Assembly: GCA_964598205.1 (NCBI GenBank)
Contig: CAZRBB010000002.1
Coordinates: forward strand, 52,459-116,458
DNA: 64,000 nt
Direction of reading: 5' to 3'
DNA from: an uncultured Candidatus Saccharibacteria bacterium
GTDB taxonomy: Bacteria; Patescibacteriota; Minisyncoccia; CAIUEV01; JAHKAQ01
A program made the position numbers and the translations under genes. Below are positions 29,126 through 38,833 of this stretch, one piece after another. Below the pieces are notes generated by a model that was not told where the DNA came from, made no database searches, and was given only the letters and a program-made list of their open reading frames with translations. How positions within the stretch are numbered: position 1 is the stretch's first letter; every line of letters starts with the position of its first letter.

Positions 29126-30361
29126 TTACATAATCACATTTTCAACATTATAACCTATATTTTTAATATTAAAAAAAACAATCTTTTTTTGTTGTCTTAG
29201 TAATTTGTTTTGAGCCTCCTTATCTAAAATTGTTTCAATTATACTTGCTAAGCATTTCTTTAATTCGTTTAAAATTATACTATTTTCTTTGTTATTAATA
29301 TTTCTAATCAAATTTTTAATTCTATTTATTTCACTGTCTGGATCATCTAAGATTTCTTTTTTAATTCGGTTATTAATTAAAAGATTTGGGAATATAATAT
29401 TTTTGTTGTTTTTCTTATTAATTCCCTTTGTTATTCTCTGGAAATTTTGATAATGCCCGTCATGTTGTTCCGGAAGATATGCTATGGGAACATTATACTC
29501 AAGTGCTTCGTAGGTTGTAGTGACTCCTGCTGGAGTAAAAATAATGATGGCTTTGTTTAATAATTTTAGCAATTCCTCATTGTTTAAAGAAGTAACTTTT
29601 AATTTACCTGACATGCCTTTAAGGCTTTCTAATAATTTTGGATTAACCGTGCATAAAATTTTTATTTTTGGAGGTAATTTGTCAATTATTTCTCCAAAGA
29701 GACTAATGATGAATTTAAAGTATTCTTTAGCTTCTTGCTCTCTATTAAGCGGTGACAAAAAGCCAGCCAGCGAAATAACAATCGTATCTCTTTTTAAGTC
29801 CTTTTTGTGAGAACTATCAACTATTGGTTTTATTGTGATTGGTTTAATATTAGCTCTGTATTTATCACTTTTATTTTTTTTGCCTCCATCAAAAAAAGTT
29901 TGTACTAAAGATTTGTCTGATAGAAAATGTCCAACATATTGTTGATGATGCGGTTCTAGGTTGTTTAAAAGTAACGACGCTTTTCGATAATTATTAATAT
30001 ATTCTAATTCCTTGATTAAATTTTTAACATTGAGCAAATAATCTTCTTTCCAATTCCAGTACCAATACAAGCTATCAACATAAATACTTTCTATTTTATT
30101 AATGAATCCCCATAACGCGAATTGGGGATCCATTACGCTGATTACTTTTTGATATTTTTGGGGATCTAGGGTATGTAATTCTTCTAAATTATAAATATTA
30201 TCAAAAACATTGTTGCTTTTTGCATAAGTTAGAGCAACATCTTCTCCAATAAAATTAAACTTGGCATCTTTATTTATTTTTTTATATTTTTTTACAATGT
30301 TTACAAGCTTTGAGCACGGTCCATAACCGAATGCTTGAGCGGAGGTTAATATGTTTATCAT
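29126..30361 (-). CDS. GT-B-fold glycosyltransferase-like protein, resembling cytosylglucuronate (CGA) synthase-related proteins
   Basis: AFGYGPCSKL at the N-terminus, SVMDP, YVDSLYWYW, and TPAGVTTTYEA...P...LPEQ. Family assignment is from recalled motif resemblance only. Confidence 0.55.
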   Translation of the reverse strand: MINILTSAQAFGYGPCSKLVNIVKKYKKINKDAKFNFIGEDVALTYAKSNNVFDNIYNLEELHTLDPQKYQKVISVMDPQFALWGFINKIESIYVDSLYWYWNWKEDYLLNVKNLIKELEYINNYRKASLLLNNLEPHHQQYVGHFLSDKSLVQTFFDGGKKNKSDKYRANIKPITIKPIVDSSHKKDLKRDTIVISLAGFLSPLNREQEAKEYFKFIISLFGEIIDKLPPKIKILCTVNPKLLESLKGMSGKLKVTSLNNEELLKLLNKAIIIFTPAGVTTTYEALEYNVPIAYLPEQHDGHYQNFQRITKGINKKNNKNIIFPNLLINNRIKKEILDDPDSEINRIKNLIRNINNKENSIILNELKKCLASIIETILDKEAQNKLLRQQKKIVFFNIKNIGYNVENVIM

Positions 30362-30365
30362 AGCT

Positions 30366-31619
30366 TCAGTTTAATTCACTGGAAGCTATCATTTTTCCAC
30401 ATCTTGAACAAGAAAAATTCCAACCATCTTTCATATACATTTCAATATTACAGGCTTCGCAAGTGGGAATTTTTAAATTTTCTTTATTGTCCAACTCTTT
30501 TTTAATCCTTTGGTTTTTTCTTACATCAATTAGCTCTCCTTCTTTCCCTGCAAAGGCATCATATAGCTGCATAACTTTTAAAGTATCCTTTAGTCCACCA
30601 ATGCTTGGCATTGTTTTTTGGCTTACATTGTCGATAAATGCTTTTACTTCATGATAATAACCGAGCAAGAATAGTCCTTTATTGTATATCTGACCAAGTG
30701 AAAATTCAGGCATAAAATAACTTGCTCCATTTTTATTTTTCGGGATAAAGCTTGGAGTTGTGCCGTACGGTATTCTTTTTGTTGGCGGGTAATATTTTAT
30801 TTCAATGTTATTATACAGTATGATGTTTGCATTCTCTCCGACAATCTCAAGCGTTTCTAAGGGGCACATTTCTGAGGCACCAGGACAAAGATGAATTGAC
30901 CCAACAAAACCCTTCTTTTCATGAAGCAATGTTACTATTGAACTCCCTTTGTTAGTTCGCCTATAACTCAGTTCATCAGGACAACCCAATAAACCAATAA
31001 CCGTTGAAGAAACATGCACAAAATCATCTAAAAATCTTCGTCCACTTGAACTTTTAATATCTCTTATGTCTTTTGGAAGGTCTACCGGATATCTCAGGGT
31101 ATATGAAGTTATATTGCCAAATTCCTCAGAATTAATTATTTCTTTAACCTTGGTAACTGTTGGCATAAACATTTTTTTAAAGCCAACCTGAGCGAAGCTT
31201 TTTCCTTTTTGTTCTGATTTTTGTAATTCTTCAACTTCAACCGCATTTTTTGTTGGTGGTTTTTCAAACCAGACTGGAATCCCCTTTTCTAGAATATATT
31301 TTATAATCGGTAGATATTTGGGGTTCCCTTCCGGGCTGTATCCCACAACAACAAATATTGCATCGAGCTCTTCTCTTTCGATCATTTCTTTATAGTCAGT
31401 GTAGACCTTCTCTCCTCCAAATTGTCTGCTATAAAGCTTTGCTTTTTCTTTATTAAGGTCACACACGGCTACTAATTCAACAGGTAGAAATTTAAATGTT
31501 GGAAAAATATTCCTAAATGAATGACTCCCACATCCAATGAATGCAATTCTAACTGGATAATTTTTGTCTTTTCTGATTAGCTCCCCTTCTATTCCTAGGT
31601 AATATTTACTTTTTTGCAT
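30366..31619 (-). CDS. Gfo/Idh/MocA-family oxidoreductase with C-terminal Zn-ribbon
   Basis: IAFIGCGSH, AVCD, FEKP and DDFVH motifs; C-terminal CEAC...CSRCG. Confidence 0.85.
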   Translation of the reverse strand: MQKSKYYLGIEGELIRKDKNYPVRIAFIGCGSHSFRNIFPTFKFLPVELVAVCDLNKEKAKLYSRQFGGEKVYTDYKEMIEREELDAIFVVVGYSPEGNPKYLPIIKYILEKGIPVWFEKPPTKNAVEVEELQKSEQKGKSFAQVGFKKMFMPTVTKVKEIINSEEFGNITSYTLRYPVDLPKDIRDIKSSSGRRFLDDFVHVSSTVIGLLGCPDELSYRRTNKGSSIVTLLHEKKGFVGSIHLCPGASEMCPLETLEIVGENANIILYNNIEIKYYPPTKRIPYGTTPSFIPKNKNGASYFMPEFSLGQIYNKGLFLLGYYHEVKAFIDNVSQKTMPSIGGLKDTLKVMQLYDAFAGKEGELIDVRKNQRIKKELDNKENLKIPTCEACNIEMYMKDGWNFSCSRCGKMIASSELN

Positions 31620-31639
31620 AATGTTAGATTGATTATTTT

Positions 31640-33079
31640 CTAGATATCAAGAGTTGTATAAGGTATTTCATCTTTGTTTAATTTTGCTAATACTTCGTAT
31701 ATTTTTGAAAGTAATTTATTTGTTAAGTCGTGGTATTGAAGTTCACAATTATCTGGTTTTTCCTTAATAAAGTTTAGTATTATTCTATCTTTTCCTTTTT
31801 CATTATGCCCCATGTAATATTTATCTTTTTTATATTTTTTAAACATAGAAATACCGTATCGAAATTTTTCTAGAGTCTTCCCTCCAATTAATCCGGTATT
31901 TCTGAAAAAGAAAACATCAAAGTGATGTTCATGTCCCAAGCCTTTCACAGTATCTTGCTCAGCTTCTTTGTTTAAAGCTTCGTATGATTGATATGTATGA
32001 ATTTGAACATTTAATAAATTAGAAACTTGGATATTTTGTCTTTCGTGTCTTAATCTGCCATTTTTTTTGTATGGATCTTCTGGCATATCGGACCAGGCTC
32101 TCCTGGAAAAAGAGTTTTGTTGTAATGTTATTGTTGAAGTTGTAATAACTTTATCATCTCTTAGGAATTGAGCCATAATGAAAACATCTAATTCTCCATA
32201 ATCTTTGTAATTTTGGGGGGTATAACTATCAAAAAACTTTTCAATTCTTTCGTTCTGATTAAAAAGCTTCTTGTAATCATTATTATTAATCTGAAATAGG
32301 AAATCGTTAGGAGAAAATTTATTGGCATATAGTCTTATCTTGTTAGGTTTCTTCGCCTTTATTTGATCATTAATACCCACTATCCAGTTTAAAAGGTCTA
32401 TGGAGTGATAGCCTGAGTGCATCAATTTGCCATAACCGTATTTATATGGATGATTTTCTTTGTCAAATTCATTTGGTAGGGTCCAGGTTCCATCTGCAAA
32501 ATAGCTGTCAATATATGAAATCGGTATGCCATATTTTTTTACGAAGTCATTTAAATATTCCCAAACATGTATATATCCATCGTGACCCTTTCTTTGAACT
32601 ACTACATAGCATTTACTTTTTGAATTTTTAAGCCAACTCATTACATCCAGATAATCTTTATATACTTGTCTTGCCGCTTTAATATCCACACCTGCTCCAA
32701 CCGGCGATGTTAATGGCTTGTCTACCAAAACAGAAATATTATTTTCAAATGCCCATTTTAGATAAATTTTATGAGCTTTTGGTTCCGTAGCTATAATCAC
32801 TCCATTAATTTTTTCTTTTTTTATTAAATTATCAAGATATTTTTTAGCTTTATCATCAAGTTTTTTCCCCAACCTATTATTTTGATCAGGTTCTAAATAC
32901 AAAATTTTATCTGGCTTCAGCTCTTTATCTTTAAGATATTTGTTTATTATTTTTTGTTGATCCTTGAGATCTATTAAAAGCGGGATGTTAATATTGTATT
33001 TTTTTCTATACTTTTCTAGATAAGGATAGTAGATTTTTCTAGAATGTGGTCCTAATCCGATAAAAATATAATTCCTCAT
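31640..33079 (-). CDS. Gfo/Idh/MocA-like oxidoreductase (divergent, long form)
   Basis: FIGLGPH Rossmann start; IATEPKAH, VDKP and GKLMHSGYHSID motifs. Confidence 0.75.
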   Translation of the reverse strand: MRNYIFIGLGPHSRKIYYPYLEKYRKKYNINIPLLIDLKDQQKIINKYLKDKELKPDKILYLEPDQNNRLGKKLDDKAKKYLDNLIKKEKINGVIIATEPKAHKIYLKWAFENNISVLVDKPLTSPVGAGVDIKAARQVYKDYLDVMSWLKNSKSKCYVVVQRKGHDGYIHVWEYLNDFVKKYGIPISYIDSYFADGTWTLPNEFDKENHPYKYGYGKLMHSGYHSIDLLNWIVGINDQIKAKKPNKIRLYANKFSPNDFLFQINNNDYKKLFNQNERIEKFFDSYTPQNYKDYGELDVFIMAQFLRDDKVITTSTITLQQNSFSRRAWSDMPEDPYKKNGRLRHERQNIQVSNLLNVQIHTYQSYEALNKEAEQDTVKGLGHEHHFDVFFFRNTGLIGGKTLEKFRYGISMFKKYKKDKYYMGHNEKGKDRIILNFIKEKPDNCELQYHDLTNKLLSKIYEVLAKLNKDEIPYTTLDI

Positions 33080-33111
33080 TCTTTTAAGAAGATCTTATAA
33101 ATGTTAGACAT

Positions 33112-35151
33112 TTAATCCCTTATTTTTGCGTTAAATTTTTTATTTAGAGAATTAATAATATCTTTACTTTTTTTATCGATCTCTTTATCCTCAAGTGTTT
33201 TTTCCTTGGACTGCATTACTAAATTAAAAGTAATACTTTTTTTGTTCTTACCAATGTTTTTTCCTTTATAAACATCAAAAAGCTTGCAACTCACAAACAA
33301 CTCTCCTATTATATTTTTGATTTCTTCTTCGATTTCTTGCCATTTTTGATTCACATCAACAAAGAAAGCAAAATCTCTATTAACTGCTGGGTATTTAGGA
33401 ATTGGAGTGTATGAGACAACTATTTCTTTATATGCTTCGAATAGTTTATCAATATTGACTTCTAGTATGGCCAAATGCTTTTTAAGACTAAGATCTTTCT
33501 TGATCTTTTCATTAATTATTCCAATTAATCCTATTCTTTCATTTTTATATAAGATTTCTCCATTACATTCACTGCTATATTGGGGAAACTTACTTTCTAA
33601 ATATTGTAATCTATTGTTATTTAGATTTAATTTTTTTGCTATGTATTCCCATATCCCTTTTAATTCATAAAAAGCCTCCTTTTCACTTCCACCGTTAACG
33701 GCAATAGCGAGATTGCTTTGTTCAATTGGTAAGGATTTATTGTCTTGTTCTAAATATACCTTATTTAATTCAAAAATTTTTAATTTTTCTTTATACATTT
33801 CATTGCCTTCAACCACTTCCAACAATGATGATGTTAATTCCTTCCTCATATATTCAAAGTTATCATTAAGAGGATTAATCAGCTTGATTGTTTCATTTGA
33901 ATTAATATTAACTAAATCCAATTGCCTTTTGGATATCATTGAGTATGAAAATGCTTCAATATAACCTTGATTTGCTAAATAATCTTTTATATTATCCTCA
34001 AAATTAATTCTGGGGTCTGTTTTATAAATAGGGATCTCGCCTTTCGGTAATTCGCTTGGAATTTGATCATATCCGTAAATTCTGGCAATCTCTTCAACAA
34101 GATCATAATCTTCCATAACATCTTCGGTTCTAAAATAAGGCACTGTCACAAGTTGACTTTCCCCAACTTCTTCACACTTAAATCCTAGTTTTGTAAGAAT
34201 TCCTAAAATTTCTTTTTTCTCAATCTCTATTCCTAAAATATCATTAACAATTCGAGGATTGAAATTAATTTTATTTAGCTTTAATTTTTTCTTATTACCC
34301 TCATCAACAATTTCTGAAGCGACCTCCCCTTCGGCGTGCCTTAAGGCTAGGCCTATTAATCTTATAATAACTGCATTAGTAAGATTTGGGTTTAAGTTCC
34401 TCTCGAATAATTTAGAGGCTTCAGTTTTTAAGTTTATTCTTCTGGAAGTTTTTCGAATTGCAACGGGATCAAAATTAGCTGATTCAAAAACTATGTTTTT
34501 TGTATTATAATCAACTTCCGCTTTATTTCCTCCTTTTATTCCAGCTAATCCTATAACTCCATTGTTGTCGGCTATCACTAAATCGTTTTGTTTTAGCTTG
34601 TATTCTTTATTATCCAGAGAGGTAAATTTTTCTCCATCATTAGCATTTCTAATGATTATTTTTTTGTCAGCTATTTTATCATAGTCAAAGACATGTGTTG
34701 GTTGCCCATATTCTAAAAGTACATAATTAGTAATATCGACAACATTATTTACTGATTTTAAACCGCTTGCCTCTAATCTGTCTTTTAACCATTTTGGAGA
34801 TTCTTTGATTTTTACATTCTTTATGACAATTGATTGATATCTTCGACAAATCTCTTTATTTAATATTTCAACTTTAATTTTTTCTTTATTATTATAAATT
34901 ACTTTTTCTAGCTTTGGTTCTTTTAGTTGCGTATTTAAAATTACGCTCGCCTCTCTTGCGAGTCCTATAACCGAAGCCATATCGGATCGATTAGTGGTAA
35001 TTTCCACATCAAGAACATAATCGTCATCTTTAAATAAATACCACTTTTCAATTGAAGGACCTTTTAGTGATAGTTTTTGGGCAAAATCTTTAACACTCAA
35101 TTTCGTGTCAACATATTCCTTAATCCAGTTATAGGATATTAATAAATTCAT
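33112..35151 (-). CDS. pheT: Phenylalanine--tRNA ligase beta subunit (short form lacking the OB/B2 domain)
   Basis: ITTNRSDM.S..GLARE, NNVVDITNY...GQP.H.FD, ESANFDP, DLVEEIARIYGYD and the C-terminal FDX-ACB domain (RDFAF, LFDVYKG). Confidence 0.95.
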   Translation of the reverse strand: MNLLISYNWIKEYVDTKLSVKDFAQKLSLKGPSIEKWYLFKDDDYVLDVEITTNRSDMASVIGLAREASVILNTQLKEPKLEKVIYNNKEKIKVEILNKEICRRYQSIVIKNVKIKESPKWLKDRLEASGLKSVNNVVDITNYVLLEYGQPTHVFDYDKIADKKIIIRNANDGEKFTSLDNKEYKLKQNDLVIADNNGVIGLAGIKGGNKAEVDYNTKNIVFESANFDPVAIRKTSRRINLKTEASKLFERNLNPNLTNAVIIRLIGLALRHAEGEVASEIVDEGNKKKLKLNKINFNPRIVNDILGIEIEKKEILGILTKLGFKCEEVGESQLVTVPYFRTEDVMEDYDLVEEIARIYGYDQIPSELPKGEIPIYKTDPRINFEDNIKDYLANQGYIEAFSYSMISKRQLDLVNINSNETIKLINPLNDNFEYMRKELTSSLLEVVEGNEMYKEKLKIFELNKVYLEQDNKSLPIEQSNLAIAVNGGSEKEAFYELKGIWEYIAKKLNLNNNRLQYLESKFPQYSSECNGEILYKNERIGLIGIINEKIKKDLSLKKHLAILEVNIDKLFEAYKEIVVSYTPIPKYPAVNRDFAFFVDVNQKWQEIEEEIKNIIGELFVSCKLFDVYKGKNIGKNKKSITFNLVMQSKEKTLEDKEIDKKSKDIINSLNKKFNAKIRD

Positions 35152-35160
35152 ATTTATTTT

Positions 35161-36204
35161 TTAAAATTGTTCTAAAAATCTAATGTCGTTTTGATAGAGA
35201 ATTCTAATATCTTTTATATTGATACCTTTTTGCATAATTTTATTTCGCTCTACTCCCCAACCAAAGGCAAAACCTCTATATTTTTTAGGATCTACCCCTC
35301 CACTAATTAAAACATTTGGATGAACCATTCCGGCTCCTCCTATTTCCAACCACCCTTCTTTACACAATTTACAACCCTTTTTATCACAAACACCACAAGA
35401 CACATCCACCTCAAAGCTTGGTTCTGTAAATCTAAAATCATAAGGCCTTATTCGAAATTCTCTATTAGGTCCAAAAAATTCTTTTACAAAATAATCAATG
35501 ACCCCTTTTAAATGTTTTATGTTAATGTGCTTGTCGATAACTAAACCTTCGAATTGATGATGAATTAAAGTATGGGAAACATCCAATTGTCTTCTTGGAC
35601 ATTTTGAAATATTTATCATTCTAATCGGCATCCTCCTGCTTTCCATTTCTCGAACTTGTCCAGATGATGTATGAGGAGTAAGAATTCTTTTGCCGTATTT
35701 TTTGTGGACATCTTTTTCATCAATAAAAAAAGTCTCCCATTCATCTCTAGCGGGGTGTTCGTCGGGAAAGTTAAGCGCCCCGAAAGCATACCAATCCCAT
35801 TCAACCTCAGGATATCGCACTCTATAGAATCCAATCCTTTCAAATATTTTTGTTATTTCTCTGATTGCTTGAGTTGTTAAATGTAAATGTCCTTTTTCAA
35901 TTTCTACTCCCGGTGCGGTAATATCTATGTTTTCAATGCTAGATCTTTTATTTTTCTCTAATGAGTCAATCTTTTTTTCAAGTTGTTGTTTGATTTCATT
36001 AAATTTAATACCAACTTCCCTTTTTTCATCAGCTTTTAAATCTTTTATAGATTTTAAAATATTGGTAAATTTTGACTTTCTGCCCAAGTATTTAAATTTA
36101 AAATTGTCAATTTCTTCATCTTTTTTGATTTTCAAATAGTTCTCTTCTGCTTCTTTTTTTATTTTTATTAAATCTTTTATAGTTTTAGATTTTAAATTTG
36201 ACAT
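35161..36204 (-). CDS. pheS: Phenylalanine--tRNA ligase alpha subunit (divergent motif 2)
   Basis: YLGRK, HPARDEWETF, PHTS, HQFEG, FRFTEPS, GAGMVHPNV, GFAFGWGVER and NDIRFLEQF motifs. Confidence 0.96.
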   Translation of the reverse strand: MSNLKSKTIKDLIKIKKEAEENYLKIKKDEEIDNFKFKYLGRKSKFTNILKSIKDLKADEKREVGIKFNEIKQQLEKKIDSLEKNKRSSIENIDITAPGVEIEKGHLHLTTQAIREITKIFERIGFYRVRYPEVEWDWYAFGALNFPDEHPARDEWETFFIDEKDVHKKYGKRILTPHTSSGQVREMESRRMPIRMINISKCPRRQLDVSHTLIHHQFEGLVIDKHINIKHLKGVIDYFVKEFFGPNREFRIRPYDFRFTEPSFEVDVSCGVCDKKGCKLCKEGWLEIGGAGMVHPNVLISGGVDPKKYRGFAFGWGVERNKIMQKGINIKDIRILYQNDIRFLEQF

Positions 36205-36216
36205 AAATAATAGTAA

Positions 36217-37074
36217 TTATTCAATTTTAGAGATGATTTTTTTTATATTATCCAATGATTTTTGACCAGAATCTTGATCTTTGGGCGTATGCATCTCAAG
36301 TGTCATGGGCATATTAATATCTTTTTTAAACAATTTTGTAAATATTTTACCATAAGGAACATCACCTTCGCCAATTACTACATGCTTTTCTTTTTCATAA
36401 CAATAATCTTTCAGGTGAATATAATCTGTAAAATCAATTATTTTACTTACTTCTTTGTAATTTATGTTTTTTTGAACGGCATAAAAACTTCCAATATCAA
36501 ACAAAAAATTAATTTTAAGTTCTTTTATTAGTTTAATATTTTTAAATATTGATTTTTTATCTGACACTATGCATGAATTTTCATTTTCTAAATATATCTC
36601 TATCCCATTTTTTTTACATACAGAAATAAACAAATTATATAAGTCTCTTTCCTGATCATAAAACAGCAAATCACTATCTTTTGATCTTATCAGAGAAAAA
36701 ATTCTGATTTTATTCGAATTAAAAATTTTTAAAATTCTTATTGACTTGTTAATGAAAAGTTCCTTTTCTTTGGGTGCTAAATCTGATTTAAAGTGGTGAA
36801 GATCAAACTTTCGAATACTTCCTTTATTACTTGTTAAAGGATGCCATTTAAATAATGGCGACGCCAGCATATTCATCTGGATATTATTTTTAAATAAAGC
36901 TTTACTTAGCTTAATTAACTCACTCTCTTGCATGTTCAAAATATTTACTTTGTTTATAGATCTTAGGTCAATTTGTTTAATATTATTTCTTTTAAGAAAT
37001 TGAATACATGTATTAATATTTGGAGAAATCTCATCATTTATAATCGCTATTTTAAAATTTGTATCACTTTTCAT
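36217..37074 (-). CDS. Sugar phosphate isomerase/epimerase (xylose isomerase-like TIM barrel)
   Basis: INDEIS, ASPLFK, IRIFS, LENE, FDIG, IHLKD, G.GDV and TLEMH motifs. Confidence 0.85.
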   Translation of the reverse strand: MKSDTNFKIAIINDEISPNINTCIQFLKRNNIKQIDLRSINKVNILNMQESELIKLSKALFKNNIQMNMLASPLFKWHPLTSNKGSIRKFDLHHFKSDLAPKEKELFINKSIRILKIFNSNKIRIFSLIRSKDSDLLFYDQERDLYNLFISVCKKNGIEIYLENENSCIVSDKKSIFKNIKLIKELKINFLFDIGSFYAVQKNINYKEVSKIIDFTDYIHLKDYCYEKEKHVVIGEGDVPYGKIFTKLFKKDINMPMTLEMHTPKDQDSGQKSLDNIKKIISKIE

Positions 37075-37927
37075 GCTTTATAATTAATTTGCTTAGGTAA
37101 GCCAAGCTTTTATCAACAATGTTAATATCTTGATCATAATTTTCTGGTTCAAGTGAAATAAAGATTGGTTTTACAGCATATTTAAAGAATGTCTTAAAAA
37201 ACTTGACGTAATTGATGTCGCCTTGTCCCAAGATGTCAACTTTATTTTTCTTAAATGAAAAGTCTTTTAAATGTAAGTATTCGATATTTGGTATTATTTT
37301 TTTATAATCTTTTTCTTCTATTGGGTCTTTAATTATGTATGTGTTAGCTGGATCGAGTAATAATTTAATTGGGGTATTTTTAAATATTTTTTGAAAATTT
37401 GTTATTTGCGAAGACGAATGAAAGTTTACATTATAGCCATTTTCAACAATTATTTTAATCTTGCTGTTTTGTGTCAATTCAAACAGATAATTAAATAATC
37501 CTTTTTCAACTTTCCAAAATTTATCAACTATTTGATCTTCTCTATAAACTGAAAAAATCCTAATATAGGGTGCACTAAATATATCTACTACTTCAATCGC
37601 TTTTTTAATAAATTGTTTCTTTTCTAGGTATGTTAATCGTTCCGGAAAGGAAAAGGAATAGGTTTTACATTCTTTTTCATCATTCGTAAAATTTTTCTTA
37701 TGCCATTTAAATAATGGCGAAGCTATACAAGAAACCTTTATATGATTTTTATCTAATTTTTTTTTGATTCCTAATAATTCTTTTTTGTCTATCATTAATA
37801 AATTTGTTTTATTTATAGTTCTTAATTCTAAAAATTTTATTCCCTTTTTCAAGCAGTATTTAATTGCTTGAGATATATGATGGCTAATTTCGTCGTTTAT
37901 TATTGATATTTTATGATAATTTTTCAC
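37064..37927 (-). CDS. Sugar phosphate isomerase/epimerase (xylose isomerase-like TIM barrel), tandem paralog
   Basis: INDEIS, ASPLFKWH, IRIFS, VEN, LDPAN, LHLKD, GQGDI and SLEP motifs; GTG start. Confidence 0.85.
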   Translation of the reverse strand: MKNYHKISIINDEISHHISQAIKYCLKKGIKFLELRTINKTNLLMIDKKELLGIKKKLDKNHIKVSCIASPLFKWHKKNFTNDEKECKTYSFSFPERLTYLEKKQFIKKAIEVVDIFSAPYIRIFSVYREDQIVDKFWKVEKGLFNYLFELTQNSKIKIIVENGYNVNFHSSSQITNFQKIFKNTPIKLLLDPANTYIIKDPIEEKDYKKIIPNIEYLHLKDFSFKKNKVDILGQGDINYVKFFKTFFKYAVKPIFISLEPENYDQDINIVDKSLAYLSKLIIKHEK

Positions 37928-38014
37928 CTTAATGTCTTAATTTTTATAAAAATATTTTTATGCTTTAATATAAACAAGATAAAGAAATTATGACAATTGA
38001 ATTAATTTTGTATT

Positions 38015-38704
38015 ATGAAAAAGATACTGATAACTGGGGCAGATAAAGGGATTGGTTTTGCAACATTGAAAATGTTTAAAGAATCTGGTTATCAAATATT
38101 TGCTCTGGATAAAGAATTTAGCAATCTAAAGAAACAAAATAATGTCCAGCTTATTGTCTTTGATCTAGCAAATACTGACATGATTAAAGAATTGAAAAAT
38201 AAGATTGGCGAAATAGATATTTTAATTAATAACGCCGGAATATTAAACACTTGCGCTTATGACAATTATCCAGAAGAAGATAAAAGGAGAATAATAAAAA
38301 TTAATTTAGAAGCTCCTATTGAATTAATAAATACTTTCTCTAAGGATATGATCAAAAACAACTCGGGTCGAATTATTAGCGTTTCTTCATTAAACGGAAA
38401 AATCGGGCATACAGATATTTGGTATGGCATCTCCAAGGCGGGAATTATTAATTTTACAAAAAGTTATGCAAAAATTTTAGGAGGTAAGGGAATTTTGGTA
38501 AACTGTGTAGCTCCTGGACCGGTGGATACTGATATGCTTAAAATTGCGCCTCTAGAAAGAGTTGAGACTTTCAAAAATATGTCTATTGAAAAACGAGTTG
38601 CGACCTCCGATGAAATTGCTAAAGTTATTTTTTGGCTTGCAACTGAATGTCCTACTTATATCAATGGGGTTTGCGTTGACATAAATAATGGGATTAGATT
38701 ATGA
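38015..38704 (+). CDS. Short-chain dehydrogenase/reductase (SDR)
   Basis: ITGADKGIG, LINNAG, YGISK and APGPVDT motifs; divergent from block A. Confidence 0.93.
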   Translation: MKKILITGADKGIGFATLKMFKESGYQIFALDKEFSNLKKQNNVQLIVFDLANTDMIKELKNKIGEIDILINNAGILNTCAYDNYPEEDKRRIIKINLEAPIELINTFSKDMIKNNSGRIISVSSLNGKIGHTDIWYGISKAGIINFTKSYAKILGGKGILVNCVAPGPVDTDMLKIAPLERVETFKNMSIEKRVATSDEIAKVIFWLATECPTYINGVCVDINNGIRL

Positions 38705-38833
38705 GATTTTAAGTTTTGTTTTTAAAATTTCTAGTAAATCTTGTTTTGTTGCTTAAATCTCTTTACAATTAGAAATGATCTTTTCTGTTAAATTATACTC
38801 AAATTATTTTATAATTTTTTTCTCTTTTTATTT

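Noticed and set aside
28843-29200. ORFs 28843..29109 and 28991..29200
   Set aside because: They are translations across the antisense strand of tRNA-Phe.
29126-38704. Block A as an ordinary O-antigen/capsule sugar cluster
   Set aside because: There is no nucleotidyltransferase, flippase, polymerase or typical GT2/GT4 gene, and embedded pheST plus tRNA-Phe is not explained by that model.
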